Shown here: piece by piece, positions 22,947 through 36,700 of the stretch | How positions within the stretch are numbered: the first letter of the stretch is position 1 | How the letters are laid out: each line of letters starts with the position of its first letter | Source: Tricharina praecox | Lineage: Eukaryota | Direction of reading: 5' to 3' | DNA length: 64,000 nt | Assembly: GCF_024521635.1 (NCBI RefSeq) | Contig: NW_026250414.1 | Span: forward strand, 434,001 to 498,000 | Translations under genes and position numbers: made by a program | Notes under the pieces: model-generated | Told to the model about the DNA's origin: nothing | Seen by the model: the letters and a program-made list of their open reading frames with translations, nothing else | The model's database searches: none

Positions 22947-25329
22947 ATGGCAACTGCACCAAATCCTTCCCTCTCCGTCGGCGGCTCAATCGCGGGGCTC
23001 CTGGCGCTCGCGGGAACGATCGATGCACGCCTGTCGCGGTTCGACACCGAGGAACTGGCAATGCAGATAGTTACCGAGATGCGGAGCCTCGCGGGTGTGT
23101 TAGGGTTGCTGAGGCAGTTGGTTTCGAACCCAAGTGGGAGTGGGATGGCTTTGGTCAAGGTGGAACTTTTGGTCGTCGTGTTGACTGGGTGTGTGGTTGT
23201 GGTTGCCGAGTTGGAGGCCGAGCTGAAGGAGCAGGAAGAGGATGGGCCGTGGAAGTGTGGGCCCGCTCAGGAGGAGAGGTTGAGGACGCTCGTCGACAAG
23301 TTGGCCGTGCATAGGGCCAGCTTGAATTTGATGCTTACGGTATTGCAATGGTATGTTTGTATGGGCATCAAGAATGCGGCTGCCTGGCTGACTGCCCGGT
23401 GACGATAGTCAGCCAACACCCGAAGCGGAGCAATCGATGAAGGATATGTTTGAGCAGGTCTCAAAGTTGGTGGAGACCAACCAGCGTCTGGTGAAACTAT
23501 GGCAGGACACACAGCCACCCGACTACGATGCGCAAACGCTGCGTGGGGATGCGGATTCAGAGCTGCCAGGAGCAAAGGCTCCAGCATACGCCGAGGAGGA
23601 GGGAGAAGCCTCCACTTCTCACATCATCCGATTCGACGAGAGCGAAAACATTGCGCAGCCGGTGGCAGTCCGATTCGCGTTCGAAGACGCACTGCATAGT
23701 ACCCGAGTGTACACACGCACCGAGTCCAATTCCGCTTCGAAATCCTTCAAGAGTCTTCGCACCTCGGCATCGAGTTGGACTCAGCTCACAGGGCTCTCGC
23801 TCGCTCAAGTCTCGAACATCTCTGTGATCCAGCTGCCGATCTGTGCCAGTGATTTGCCGCCAAGCTCCTCTCGCTGGTTCGATTTGAGTGCGTTGTCGGC
23901 TTGCATGGCGCGATGGGGGAGGCAGGAAAATGCGTTTGATGTGAGCTCTTGGGGGGAGGCGGCGTTAGGGGCGGCAGCGTCGGTGAGGGAGAGGGCACAA
24001 GAGGTCCGGCGGAATTCCGTGCCAATGCTTTTCGATATGCCTTTCGGAGTCGTCCCCAGGCTGGTTCGAGGGACTGACAACACCGCAGGAGGGCTACAGG
24101 GACCTCCATTCATGCAATATCTCATGCAAGCAACTCCCAACTCAAACCGTCCGGCAGCGATCAAAAAGCTCAGCGCGCTTCCACTCGATCAGTTGGGGGA
24201 GCTGCTCGTTTCCGTGGGAACCGAAGCACATCGTCGAGATGAAGAAATGTCCATTACACCCGCGAAAATCCAGCCGCCCTCGACGCTCCGCGAACAGAAT
24301 CTGTGTGATTTCATAGCCGACCTGGATTTCGTGTTGCAACGCTGGTGTATCTTCTTCTCATTCACACCTCCCACTACGGAGGAAAGTCGCCGGATGGAAC
24401 ACAGACACACAATCATTGGCGGAGGTGCAAACGTCGAAAAAGGCCTCATGACTCTGCCGTTGGGAACCAAGCCGGGCCTTGCTATCGAGACGTCCAGCGG
24501 GCTAGAATCGCCCAAACTCGGACAGCCCGTCCGGAATACAATCACCACTGCCAAATCAGACGCCACCCCATCAATCCCCAGTCTCCCTCCAACTCCAGTC
24601 CCTGTCGTAAAACCTCCATCCACAAACCTTGCCATGACGCTGGGCATCATGGGCGACGCCTGCACCGGCAAATCTCAGCTTCTCCAATCCGGTGGCGCAG
24701 CAACACTAGAAGACCACACGCCATTTCTGCTGGCTTGCCAGAACATCAATCTCGATATCCTCGACACCGGCGGAGCCTACGAGTACCGCTCGCTGCTCCC
24801 ACGGTGGATCGAAGAGACCCAGCTGTTCCTCCTCGTGTTCCGCCCGGATCTCCCGGGCTCGCGGGACTTTGTCACGCAGCTTGTCGCCATGATCCGCGTA
24901 CAACATTCCGACGCTGAGATGAACCCCATCCTGGTCTTCGAGAACGATAAAAGGCCGTTGGAAGGCTGGCGGGATAGCAGTGATGGCAGTAGAGTAGCGA
25001 GGCAGCGCTGGGCAGAGGAGCGGGGCTGCGAATATGTAGTTGGCGATAGCGGACAGGTGGGGATGGGCGAGACGCTGTTTATTAGCCTGGCGAGGCGGAG
25101 ACGGATCGCGTTGGAGAAGCTCGTGGGTGGGAGTGGTAAGGGGAAGGGAAAGGCCGGAGGGAAGAGCATTGTCGTTAGGGTTAGGAGTGCCCTGCAGAGA
25201 CAGATGTCGAGGGATTGGTCGAATTCGACAACGAGACTGCCGACCTTGCCGGAGACGGAGACGGAGACGCAGACGCAGACACCGCTGAAGCCGATGACGC
25301 AGACATCGAGGTTTTTGTATCGTCAGTGA
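22947..25329 (+). CDS. Fusion protein: fungal STAND N-terminal (HeLo-like) domain + 2 degenerate Spa2-homology repeats + degenerate Ras-like GTPase; intron 23351-23408; 774 aa
   Basis: Exon 1 (LSVGGSIAGLLALAG...LTGCVVVVAELEAEL...ASLNLMLTVLQC) splices in frame to ORF 23437-25329. Contains the FEDALHSTRVY...SWTQLTGLSLAQVSNISVIQLPI block, the SHD-like AIKKLSALPLDQLGELLVSVGTEAHRR, G1 GDACTGKS and G3 DILDTGG. Confidence 0.78.
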
Positions 25330-26585
25330 GAGTGATCAGGGGCAGGGAAAGGCACCGCAATGGAATGCGGGATGCGCTTGCTCGTCAGTTATCTATGCCC
25401 CCTCATCCCCTACTCTATACATTCAAGTTAGTAGTACCAATCTCCCAAGTAAGAAAGCGCCTTTTCGGTTCTATCGTCAATATGAAATCATCAATGGCAA
25501 GTACTCCGAGACTTCGGTACCGTGAGCAATCCAAAACTGTGGTTCGCGGGGGTGTGCATCCTCCTGCGGGTGGTCATGGTATGTGCAGTGCGGGCCCTTC
25601 TTCACGGTCTGTACTCTACGAATTGTATATCCACTGCGAGCTGTAACGGAGGTCGAACAAGGGGAAGGCATTGGAAACCTGCCCGAGCACCAAACCGGCC
25701 ACTGGTGAGCTGTGCCTCCGACAAATAATTGCTTTGGCTCACCAGTGAGAAATCCACACCAGTGACCATCCTATCTGCTATCATCCAATCCAAACCAATC
25801 CGGACGTTTGAAGCGCAAACTGATAGGTAGGCGTCCGGTTGGACCACTGTACATACCAGATACGATGTCGAGAGCTTTCCCCAATACTATTTCCTAGCCA
25901 CGAATGTTCCTCCTCTTCGTCCTCCTCTTCGTCCTCATCTTCGTCTTCCTCCTCCTCCTAGCCCCCCGAAGCTGTACTAGTACCGTCTGAACCGTCGTTT
26001 CCGTAGCGGTTCGGCCCTCGGGTCCGATCTGTCTCCATTTTCCAAGCGCTTGTTGGCACGGGGCCATGTCCAGACGGACCACGATCGATGTTAGGGGAAG
26101 GACAGTGCCCACTCGTTGTGAGGCCAGAAGAACACCCATTATTGGCAGGATGTCTGTAGAGTAAGCACCTTACCTATCCACTTCTCAGCTATATTAGGTA
26201 CCTAGAATCGAATCGAACCGCGTCGCCAGTAATGGCTACAATTCCGACCAAAGGTTCACTGGAGGATCCAGCTCTCTGGCCACGGCGAGTCGGCGACACA
26301 CATGCGATACGGCAGAGAAGGGATGCTGGAAAATGCCCAATTATACTAGAACTGTTGCGGGTCTTTGCACTTTACCACGTCACCCGCGCTTCCTCCATCA
26401 AGTTATCTCTACTACAGAACTTATGGACGAATCGGAGCATATTTTCCCATGACTTGGGGGAAACTCGCTCCCAAGCTTTTCGCACCGACTGTTATACCGT
26501 ATGTCCTTGAATACTGCACTTCAGCCCCTCTTCTTCCGCCGCAAAAGATCCAAGTTCTCCGTGAGTCTAGGCCAGTGGGCCACCC

Positions 26586-27860
26586 GTGTCGATCAGTGGA
26601 TCGGCCTATTCCCCGCCGCCGCCAGCAGAGAACCCCCCCGCAAGACTTGAACCAACAAGAGATAGCATACCAGCCATCCACAAAGGAAACTTCAACAGGG
26701 CCAGATTTCTAGGTACTTCTAATCCGGAAGTACTCCAGGAAGACGAAACGGAGCTGATGGTGAATGATCATGAAACGTCGATAACACACTTCTCGCTTCC
26801 GCCTGTTGGGCTCTACGATTGGCTATGGTCATACATCTTCGGGAGTCGGTCCCCCTTATTCGGCTTTACTGGTGTTGGTCTCGATGAACAGCCTGTAGGT
26901 AGTAGGTAGGAATGTAGAGCCGGAGGGATTTTAGGCCGTAAAGATCCTCAGAGGTCTCATGGTTGGTTGATTCTCACGCCTCGTATGCAGATAGTTGGTA
27001 CATACAGGCGTGCTTCGATCACGAGATCTCCAGCATGTGCAGCTTGATGCACCTCTTTTTTTTGATAACCCGTGTGCCAACCCCGATGACTGCATGAACC
27101 AAGGCAGTTCCTTTTGCACAGACAGGAACTTCCACCTCAATATCGAAGTATTATGTCGACTCGCCGGGATTTCTGTCTTCCAAACCTCGCACCCGCGATT
27201 CCAGGTAGGCTGATTCGCCGCCCCTCACTGCGCTCCTCGGGGAAATGTTGTATCGTGGTAGTTATAACTTATGTATGTAGCATTTCCGGCATGCGGGAAG
27301 CCTCCATGGAATGACCACCTAATGTGAGCTGATGTCTGCCCTGCACTGCACTGCGCACTCAACGGCGGCCGCACATGCCGTATCGTCGCATATATAACAT
27401 GATTTACGATATGCCGGAGCGAATATATACCTAGTACGAGGTATACCGTATTCCATGGAAACGTTTGAGCGGCAGTTTGACTCGGTGCGGCCCAGCCCAT
27501 GGAGTAATCTCGACTCACCACACCGCGACTCCGCGAGTTGACCAATCCAATCCGATCCATGGCGGAACATGGTTGTTCCTGTGGGGGTGCAAACGGGCGT
27601 TTGTGTTGGCGACGAGTTTCTATCGTACCGATACTCACTGGCAGTATTCGAGAAGGGACGACAATGAAAGGATACACTCACTGCAGAAGGCGGACGAGAT
27701 GGTGGCAGAAGCCCGCAAGAATCAAGAGACTCGCTGCCAGATCCTACCGATTCGTTGGGGACGGGGCATGCGCCCACAGCATAGGACAATACCTCGCATG
27801 GACCCAGAACGGGCCAACCGCGAGATTCTGGTGGTGCCAGTATGAGATGCTATGGTAACC
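26586..27860 (+). pseudogene. Possible degenerate gene fragments of unknown family
   Basis: Successive protein-like + strand ORFs (26586-26909, 26995-27213, 27465-27858), some bounded by GT...AG signals, but with stops and frameshifts; no recognisable domain. Confidence 0.2.
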
Positions 27861-28018
27861 CCGAGAACACCCCCGGTGGAAACCCCAATAACAACGTATC
27901 CAGTGGAAGGAAGTCAAGAATCAAACGGACCGGGAGGGAAGACTCAAGAGCTGGTTCAGGACCAGAGATGTCCTCGCAAACCGAAGCAGTAGTGAAGCCA
28001 TGGCATGTACGTTTCCTA

Positions 28019-28090
28019 ACCACCACCACCACCACCACCACCACCACCATCACCACCACCACCATCACCACCACCACCATCACCACCACC
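28019..28090. repeat. (ACC/ATC)n trinucleotide microsatellite
   Basis: Directly visible. Confidence 0.9.
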
Positions 28091-30675
28091 ACGGACGGGG
28101 GACGGAGCGCCCGAAGGCCGGAACCGGCTAGCCAAACCCTGGAGATGGGCTCGACCCGACATAACTACCGACCCGATTACAGATCCGGAAAAAAGCTGGC
28201 GCTACTAGAGAGGAGAACAGACTACGAGCCGAGGCATCCACGACAGAAAGACACATCGACGAAGACAAGAAAGTTGGAAATACCGTCTCCGCAAGCAGAG
28301 AAGCCCCACTTCCTCCCCCGGAGAAGAATTCCGACGACGGATAGCCAATAGACAGGCGTCGGTCAGAAGAGTCGGATAGACGAGAAAGCGGTGAGAGAGA
28401 GGCCTCCTTCTGCCCGACAATGGTATCTACATACGATCGTCCTTTTCTCGAGCCTCCGCCCTATTCGGGCCAGCCTCTCTGCTTTGGCCCGACCGCCTTT
28501 CTGCCCTACTACCACAGGCCGCATGGTACAGTACGGATCTTCAGTGATCGGCGAGATACAACTTGCCGTGCAGCTTTCCGCCACGACTTTCGTGACGGTC
28601 CGTACATCCGCCCTTTCCACTGCCACCGTATATGTCTACTTAGCCACAATATTGTTCTGTGGCATGTTTGTTATACAGCTGAAGTCGGCGTGCGGCGCTG
28701 AGCCTGAAGAATCAGAGACTCTACCGTCTACGTAATGCTACCTAAGCAGTAGTTATCACTACCGCCAAATCTAGACTTCCACCGCGCCTTGATACCTGCA
28801 GCCACCTGGTCATACCGTCATAGACTGTGGCTTGATATCGAGCGGATGATGGATCCAACTGTTGGCGACTCCTCGGCAGTGGGCACGCCGCACGCCTACA
28901 TATCGGTATGTTGTATGTTGTACCTACGGGTAGGTTCGGTACATACTCTACATCGTCAGGCCAGCTGTCAACACCTCGGAGATGATGCGCGCTAGAGTCC
29001 AGCGGGCAGCGGGCAGCGGGCAGCCGTCGCCTCCCACCCTCCGTCTTGAGTATTGCCACTCTGCAGGCTCGACTGAGGTGCGGTGAGGCGATGCGAGGCG
29101 AGGCGGGATATCTAACGATCATTCGCGGTGTGCGGTGAGAGCTGCAGGGCGCTGTGAAAACGGGAAGCGCAGCGCCGCAGCTCAGCTTAGCGAACCGCGA
29201 ATACGGTTGTCGATTGTCGGGTCGCATCCCTTGAGTGAGTGGGTGCACGGACCCACTGTTCGCAACCCAACAACCCCTGTGTGATGATGGTGTATGTACC
29301 GCGCCTTTCGTGCAGCGACGCATTTGGCTCGTGAGTGAGTGCGAGAGAGAGAGAGAGAGAGATCGTTCGGCGTCCATTCCATTAGACGAGTGCCGTATTG
29401 CCGAAGAAAGTCGTGCGAGTGCGTATTTGCCATGCAAATATTTGTAGCGACGAATGGCGCTCCGAGGCTGGATGCCCGGAACGAGGCAATGCTAATAATA
29501 CCAGTCATCAACCAGTGATGCTTTGAGCTTCGAGCTTCGAGCTTCGAGCTTCGCCGTCTTGGGCCTTCCGAACGTTCGCTACTGGTATGTAAGTACTAGT
29601 CAGCACTCGGTGTGTACTCTACCGGAATGTTGCGTGATAGCTGTATCTACGGTAGACATCAACTGATATCGTATCCTCCTCCTCCTCCTTCCCCCCCCCC
29701 CCCCCCCCAGGGGGGCTGCTTGCTTTCGTCGGCCGCCATCGGGGGATAGTACCAGCACTCATCCATCCAGTATCCACATGGGTTGCCTGCTCTACTATAG
29801 TTAGTTCGTCCAGTCTTCGCAAGCGTCGGGCTGAGGGATTCGGCAAGGACGGCCAGATTCTGCAGGCTAAGTACTATACCGTGTACATACTTTCTCTCCA
29901 TCGAACCTAGATGAGATGTGCTCGCTGCGTGCGCGCTTTCCTCTCATGCCTCCTCCTCCCCTTCATCCTCCTACGCCTACGCCTACTACACCACGCAACG
30001 CACTCACTCACTCACTCATTCGCTCATGCACTCATGCACTCGAGCTCGCCAACTACCACAACAACCCCTTTCGAATCAGTAAAGCCTCCTCCCGGCTCGA
30101 CGGACGCGGTCCACTTCGACGATTGCCAGAGGAGATGCCATGATTCGTCATATCAGAGCATACATCTTCAATCGATCGAACCCGGCCAGCTTGAGGAACA
30201 GTCACACATACCAGCCAGACCCGCTTGTCTCCTCACCAATAAACCTTCAGAGCGCGCCAACGTCTTCTCCGAGGCAAACTGGCAACACTTTTTTTCTCCC
30301 CCTCATAAACAAAGACTATTGGCGGAAACCAAAGTAATCTGATCAGGGCTGAAGATCATTTAGACTGGTTACATACGTTCGGTCGGTCGGGTCGTTGGTT
30401 TAGATATGCGAGATCGGTAACGGAATTCGGGAGAACCACTGTGTCGGGACGTAACTGGAACTGGATGGGACGACGGCAACCGAGGGGGAAAAAACTCGAT
30501 CCCCAAAGAGAGTTTGATTCTGGCCTCCTTCTTCTTCCCTGTCCTGCCAAACACTATCAACGAAATAAACGGCTCAATAAACGAGCAAACAGGGCAAACA
30601 GACAAACGGATACATAGTCAGCTTACGGTGCGGGAACATACATATATACAGCTTCGGCTGTTCCCACTACCCAGG

Positions 30676-33600
30676 ATGACCCGACCCGGCTCGGCAGTTG
30701 CGTTTGCCTCCGCGATCGCAACCCCGCATCCAGCCCCGTCGGTTTATCGAGGCAAATTTTTCAATGACAGCGCGGCATACTTTGTTGGATGTCGACCGAC
30801 TCGCTCGCTCTGGACTTAGAAATGCTCAAAACCTAGAAGCATGTTGGCGAGATCGACGAGGTGGTATGTGGCGAAGCACAGAGAAATTCGAATCAGCAAT
30901 GAAATTTCACCTCTCCTGTGGATGTTCAATTTTTTTCGGCACATCTCTGTTATCGGGGGATGGATCGAGCGCGTCGGAGGTGCAGTGCGGAGCAGAAGCT
31001 ACCCCTTTTGGTTGCTGGTCTTTCGACACATCTTCACCCCCTTACTGTGGGACTGCCTTCGAAAGATACTTCGAGTGCGGGGAACCGCAAAACCCAGGCA
31101 ATTGAGAGGCACGGGTCACGACAGAGAGCCTCACGACGGCGGAAATAGGCGGTATGGTCATCACCGCACGACGAAGCGGCGGAGGCAAGTGAGGAATATA
31201 CTAGTCGACTAGGCGATCACAGGATCGAGGGAGCAGTGCTAAGGCGGTTTCCCCCAGTCATCTCCGGCTTCGCGACTCGATCTCCAACTCTTATCCTTTG
31301 GAACTCGGGCAATTCACTTTTCAGACGCTCTTGGAATGTCTTTCAGAAGTTTTTGCTCCCATGGCTTCGAATGATGTCCGCTGCAGCGGTGTCCTTAGAG
31401 CGGGTAGGGGCAGTGGAAAAGAAAGCAGCGACGATGCGTTCGACAGAATCCGTGCCATATCTCGAACATTGTTCGGCCGAGCTGACGTCAACAAAGTTCC
31501 TAGTCGTCCATTCGGATTACGGGTCACCGCCGCCCACAGAACCGCTCGTCTTGGTCCTTCCTTCCTGTCACCGATTTTTTGCATCCTATCCTCGCCTTCT
31601 TCGGGACAGAATCCGTCAACATTGATAAAAAGTCCTAGCAGAGGATGATGATCGGGAAAGCGCAAGAATTGTATCGTCCTCTAGGATCCAAAATGCGAGT
31701 GGAGGGTTTTCAAAGGGGAAAGCATGAAAACCGATGGTACGCGTTTGCAAACGAATGCGACCCTTCGATTCGGTGGACTTGGATCAACCTGGAAGCAATC
31801 ATACGCAATCACTGGATCTCACAGTTCGGACCGTCACTGCGGATTTCTGTGGGACCCCCGTCATTGACATGAAAATACCGATTCTGGCGGTTCGTCCTCG
31901 GTGGGCATGGCTAAAGATGGACCGAACGAACTCTCGAGCAGCACGAACGATGAGGGAGACAGGCTGGATCGAGAATGGATCAATCTGAGGAAAATGATAC
32001 CATTAGCATAGATTGCGAGCGGGCTGGGGGTAGGCGGCGGCAGGGTTACCCGGTTATCGGCTCACCTGGTGCGTCACATTTGGTCACCGATACAGAGGAT
32101 TTCACCCTCGGCGGCCCCGAGAAATCCAGTTGGGCTCCTACAGTGTGCTGTGTTGAAATACAAACATCTCCATCGTCTGTCCGTCCGTCCGGTGGAGTAT
32201 TTGCCGTCTTTTGGCCCCTCCGCCATGGTCTGCGTTCTTGCACCCGCCTTTTCGCTATCCTACATCATCCTCGTCACCGACGAAAGGTAGAGAACTCTAC
32301 TTGACCATCGGCGGTTGTTGCCAGTCCAGATTGGTTTCCTTGGCTCTAGTCCGATGTGGGAGTGTGGCTGTCTACGGAGAGGGTGCCGAGGCGACTGAAA
32401 AGCATTGTTCGACCGGTACGCCGCTTCACGTCGGTGGGATTGGTCATCTGGTAGTGCCTATCCACACCAGAAGGGCCGCTAGGTGTCTTATGGCAGTCCG
32501 CCGCGGACTTCATATGCCTAGATGGCCTCCGGGATTCGGGAACACTCTCGTTGAGACGTCCAAGGAGAGAATTCGCGAGGCAATAATCGGCCACCTATTC
32601 CACAGTGCAACCTTGCTAGGACTTCGTGTTGTCTTGCTCCAGTTCAATCCAATCAACGGAAACGAATGAAACAAACGAACGATCACGGGATGTCAGGTTG
32701 AGCCATTGTGTTATCCCAAGGCTTTCAAATTCTAGCATTCGTAGTGGAATCTGGATGAGAGTGGGTTTCGGTTCAGGATGATGCGGCACAATCCATGTGC
32801 TACTCCCAGTCTTCTGGAAGTCGGGCCGTCTGAATCTGCTCGCTGAATATCTTGGTACCGATTCCGCAGTGTACGAATCCAAGCAACTCCGAGCGACCTA
32901 CGACGGGGAGTATTATTGCGGTGTGGAATTTATGAATATTGTTGGGCGGGATGTGCTCGGAGTTGTGGAAACTTGCGGTGGTAGAGTTCGACAATTGTGG
33001 GATCAGACGACGCGAATGTTTTTCCCAAGAGACGAGAATCCGCGACTGGAAAGGATGAAGTGCTCCTTCATACCACCGCGGCCGGGAGTGTTATGCACAC
33101 GTTCCTGTGTTTCTGCTTTTTTCAGCGCCATGGCTCATGGGCTATGGAATCAACTGACAAGCTGGCCGGCCGGCCGTGCGGTGACGCGTTCGGTGGGTTG
33201 GCGTTTTGCTTTTCATCTGCCACAGGCGTCGTCCATGACCAGTTACAGTCAGATTAGTGTTCTGCGGATCTGGGGCACTTCACTCAGAAGTTGGAAATCC
33301 CACCTACGGTCGATCAGAATCGCAACGGAGCGCGGCTCATCGACGAATTTGTGTCTTTCACACAGACCAGCTGACTCTCAGGTAGTGTGAGGTGTGAGGA
33401 TAGGGCAGGTACGCGCTGCAATAGCTTTGAGGTTGGTAGACGCAGACGAATATTGGCCGCTAGTGGCGAGCGGAATGACGTGGTGTTGGCTAAACGATGA
33501 AGCTTGGTAATTGCTGATGGTTGGGTTGACCGCGAGGAAGAGAGTGTTGTCCTGGGTGTTCTGGAGTTCAGGCGGATTCAAGCGGTCCACCCCAACAAAC

Positions 33601-33720
33601 AAGGCTGCGCGCTGCGTCTGGAAGATGTTTCAAATCGGCAAAAAGCGTTCCGGCAGCTCCTCACCAATGCGTACCGGCAACCGCAAGCAGTTGTGGACAC
33701 ATAACTCTCCAGTCAGCGTT
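30676..33720 (+). pseudogene. Possible decayed gene spread over about 3 kb (unknown family)
   Basis: Chain of overlapping, compositionally protein-like + strand ORFs in shifting frames (30698, 30841, 31236, 31645, 32797, 33504); no motif identified. Confidence 0.2.
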
Positions 33721-36700
33721 TGACTACAACTGCATCGCGCACATACACCACTTGGGGGGACGGGTGGGCGGGCGGACGGGCGACAATACACAGCTTGCAT
33801 CACATCCGGCCAATGAAGCGATTATCATCTTGCGAAGGCTGCACGGCTTGTACCTTCTTCCCTAGAGATGCATGGAAACACGAAGCCCGCACAGGCGCCC
33901 TGCGGCAGTTGCTCACAACCTACGGATGTTCTCGAGCCTCGAGTGCCAGTTTGTCCACGCTCATTGTGTGAGTTTTGAGACAACTGGGTGCATCTGTGAT
34001 GGTCATCACACGCCCCATCGAGTTTCTTCCTTGGCTGTGGCGGTATCATGGGATTACTGCTCTAAGCGATGGTCTGCCTTGGCTCTGCAAATCACCGTTC
34101 TCAATGAGGTGCACACACAGCGACTGCCTCGCAGACAGGACGCGTGAGAGAGAGTAGCATAGATCTGTCCGCCCGAACGAAGAAATAAATTTCGGCATCT
34201 CCAAACATCCTGGATTCGGGCTGCCGGGGTCACAGTCAACCCCCGAGGTCACAGACTACTCGAGGCTAGTGCAAGACGTCGCTCCCCCCCCCCCCCCCCC
34301 CCCCGCCTCCCCGGTCCCAAGCCAGAGAAAGCCTTTCCTCCTGCGCGACGAAATTGATTGGAAACTCATCAACAATATGTTGCTGCTGTTATTGTCTTTC
34401 TGGGCATCAGCATCATGGGCTGATCACCCGTCCTTGTCTGATGCTCCTCCCAGGCTGGGATCTTGGTCTAGAGCTCTGCATGTCCGCTCGTTCCCCTTTC
34501 TTCCTTCACGGGTGTGCGGCTTCATATTTGCAGCTGCTAGCGCTGACTTAGGAGTCCCTCCTCAACAACAGAGCAGAGGAGAGCAGGAGCAGCGCAGACT
34601 TAGCAGAGAAGCCCGCCTGTTTGTCGTCCCCCCGGAATGAGTTTGTCGTCCCCCCGGAATGAGCGAAGCGTGTTGGCGGTGCTCGCACTCGCATGCATCA
34701 CCAAATACCTAGTGAGCGACACGGTGCAAGTATTTCGTGAGATGGATCGATGATCGCAGCTATTCCACAGCGTGGCCCGCTACCCGACACTCCCCATCTC
34801 TCATGTGCGCACCTGCCATATAGGGAGGCTGGGGCCGTGAAATAGGCAGCGACAGCCTTCCCACTGTGCATTCAGTTAATCACCGAATATCTGGGAACAA
34901 ACGCGGTAGCCTCATGCCGATAACCGCAGCCTGGGTGGTTGGGAGGGTTTGGGAATACGACCGTCGAGCAGCAGGGACACTGATGACGGTTGTCAATCCG
35001 AACTTGATGACACGTTGAATCGATCTCGATGAAAACAAAACACAATGTTTTGGAAATTGGAAGGAACAGTGGCATTCCATCCTGTGCAGCGTTGACACAT
35101 CACCACGAACGTACGTGACGAGCAAGCGAGTGGGCGAGCGGGCTGTCAATGTGTGGCGACCTGCCTCCGCACTTGCACTCGCACGGAGCTCTACTACCGA
35201 TACGACGGCAACAGCCCATGGATGGAATCCCTTTCTTGCTCCCACCCTCTTTTCCTCCCCCCTCCGTCCCATGCACACGGACGGCAAGCGATAGTCAATG
35301 CCGGGGCAGCAGGTGACCGTCGACGGACGGAGTCTCGACAACCGAAAAACGCCTCCGTTGGCTGGGATCAGGCGTACCACACAATTTACAACTCATAAGT
35401 AGGCCATGGCCGCACGGAGCGATCCGAAACCGTCCTATGCTATGCTATATACGGCCGCACGGGCATGGAGCCCAATCCATATCATTGAGACTGGTCACTT
35501 AGTTTAGGTTGCGAGCTGTACATGGTGATGATGTCGAACTGGGTGACTGGGTGGGCACGTACGGCCACTTGTGTACATACATGCCATGATTAATCATATC
35601 TTTCGGGATATGATTGATCTCGGCCTCGTTGCCTAAATTGACGACCTTCTCCTACTATTCAGCACGTACATACGGCCACTTGTGTGCATACCTGCTATTT
35701 GGTACGTAAGGCCACTCATGTACCTACCATCTATTAGTAAATTCATCCAAAGTACCAGCCGCCCCAGGCTTCAAAGCCTGCAATGCTATGTTTTGATTGC
35801 GGTCCCGTTGGCGTTAAACAGCGACGAGCGAATGCTTCCCCTTTATTTTTCCGATCCGAACCCAGCATAGTGTCCATGGGGTACTCTGCGATCGCTATCT
35901 ATCTACGTTCTCGTGGTCGGGAAAGGCCTTGCGGCTAGTATCCATGAGGTTCCAAAACTTCGGGGGCACCGCGGCGGACTGCGGCCTGCGGTGCATGAGG
36001 AAGGAACAGCGTCCATCCATCCAGGGTCCCGTCTACATGGACCAGCAGCCCGGATATTGGTAAATCACTGCGTTGCACACGGCTGCGGCCGTCGAATGTC
36101 CAATGCAGTAGTTACTCCGCGTCCTAGGGAGTCATGCTGGCCATGCTGGCCATGCTGATCCCAAATGTACTCTGCCACTGCCTCTTCTCCGCTCTAATGC
36201 ATGGCGATTGCATATGGGCACTTGTACTGCTGTTGGAGGAGTGACTGTGCATCATCACTCTCGAAGGAATCAAGGAACTTGTCTGTGACGGTGCACCGGC
36301 GACCCAGATGGAGTGCATCCCCACGGTTCTACCGTTTCCTCTCTCCCCGCATTCATCCCCCGCTGCCGGCGTCGGCTGGGCTGTTGTGGAGTCTTTTTCG
36401 CTGAACTTGCAGTGGTCAAAGTAAAAGGCTGGGGGCGGATGCAATGGAAGGGTGCAAATGAACGACGTACCTACAGGGGGAGAGAGGAGGGGGGGAAAGC
36501 GGAGGGGGGGAAAGCGGAGGGAGGGAAAGCGGAGGGAGGGAGGGAGCCCAGGATATCGGTAGCGGTCATACACATTAAACACTTTTAGTGGAGCGAGCGT
36601 GGGGGTGTGAACCGGAGTGATGGGTTTATTCTAGGAGAGCCGATCCGAGCTCGTTTCTCCGTTCTGGTGGAGATCATCCTAAACCACGGCTCTGGGAACA

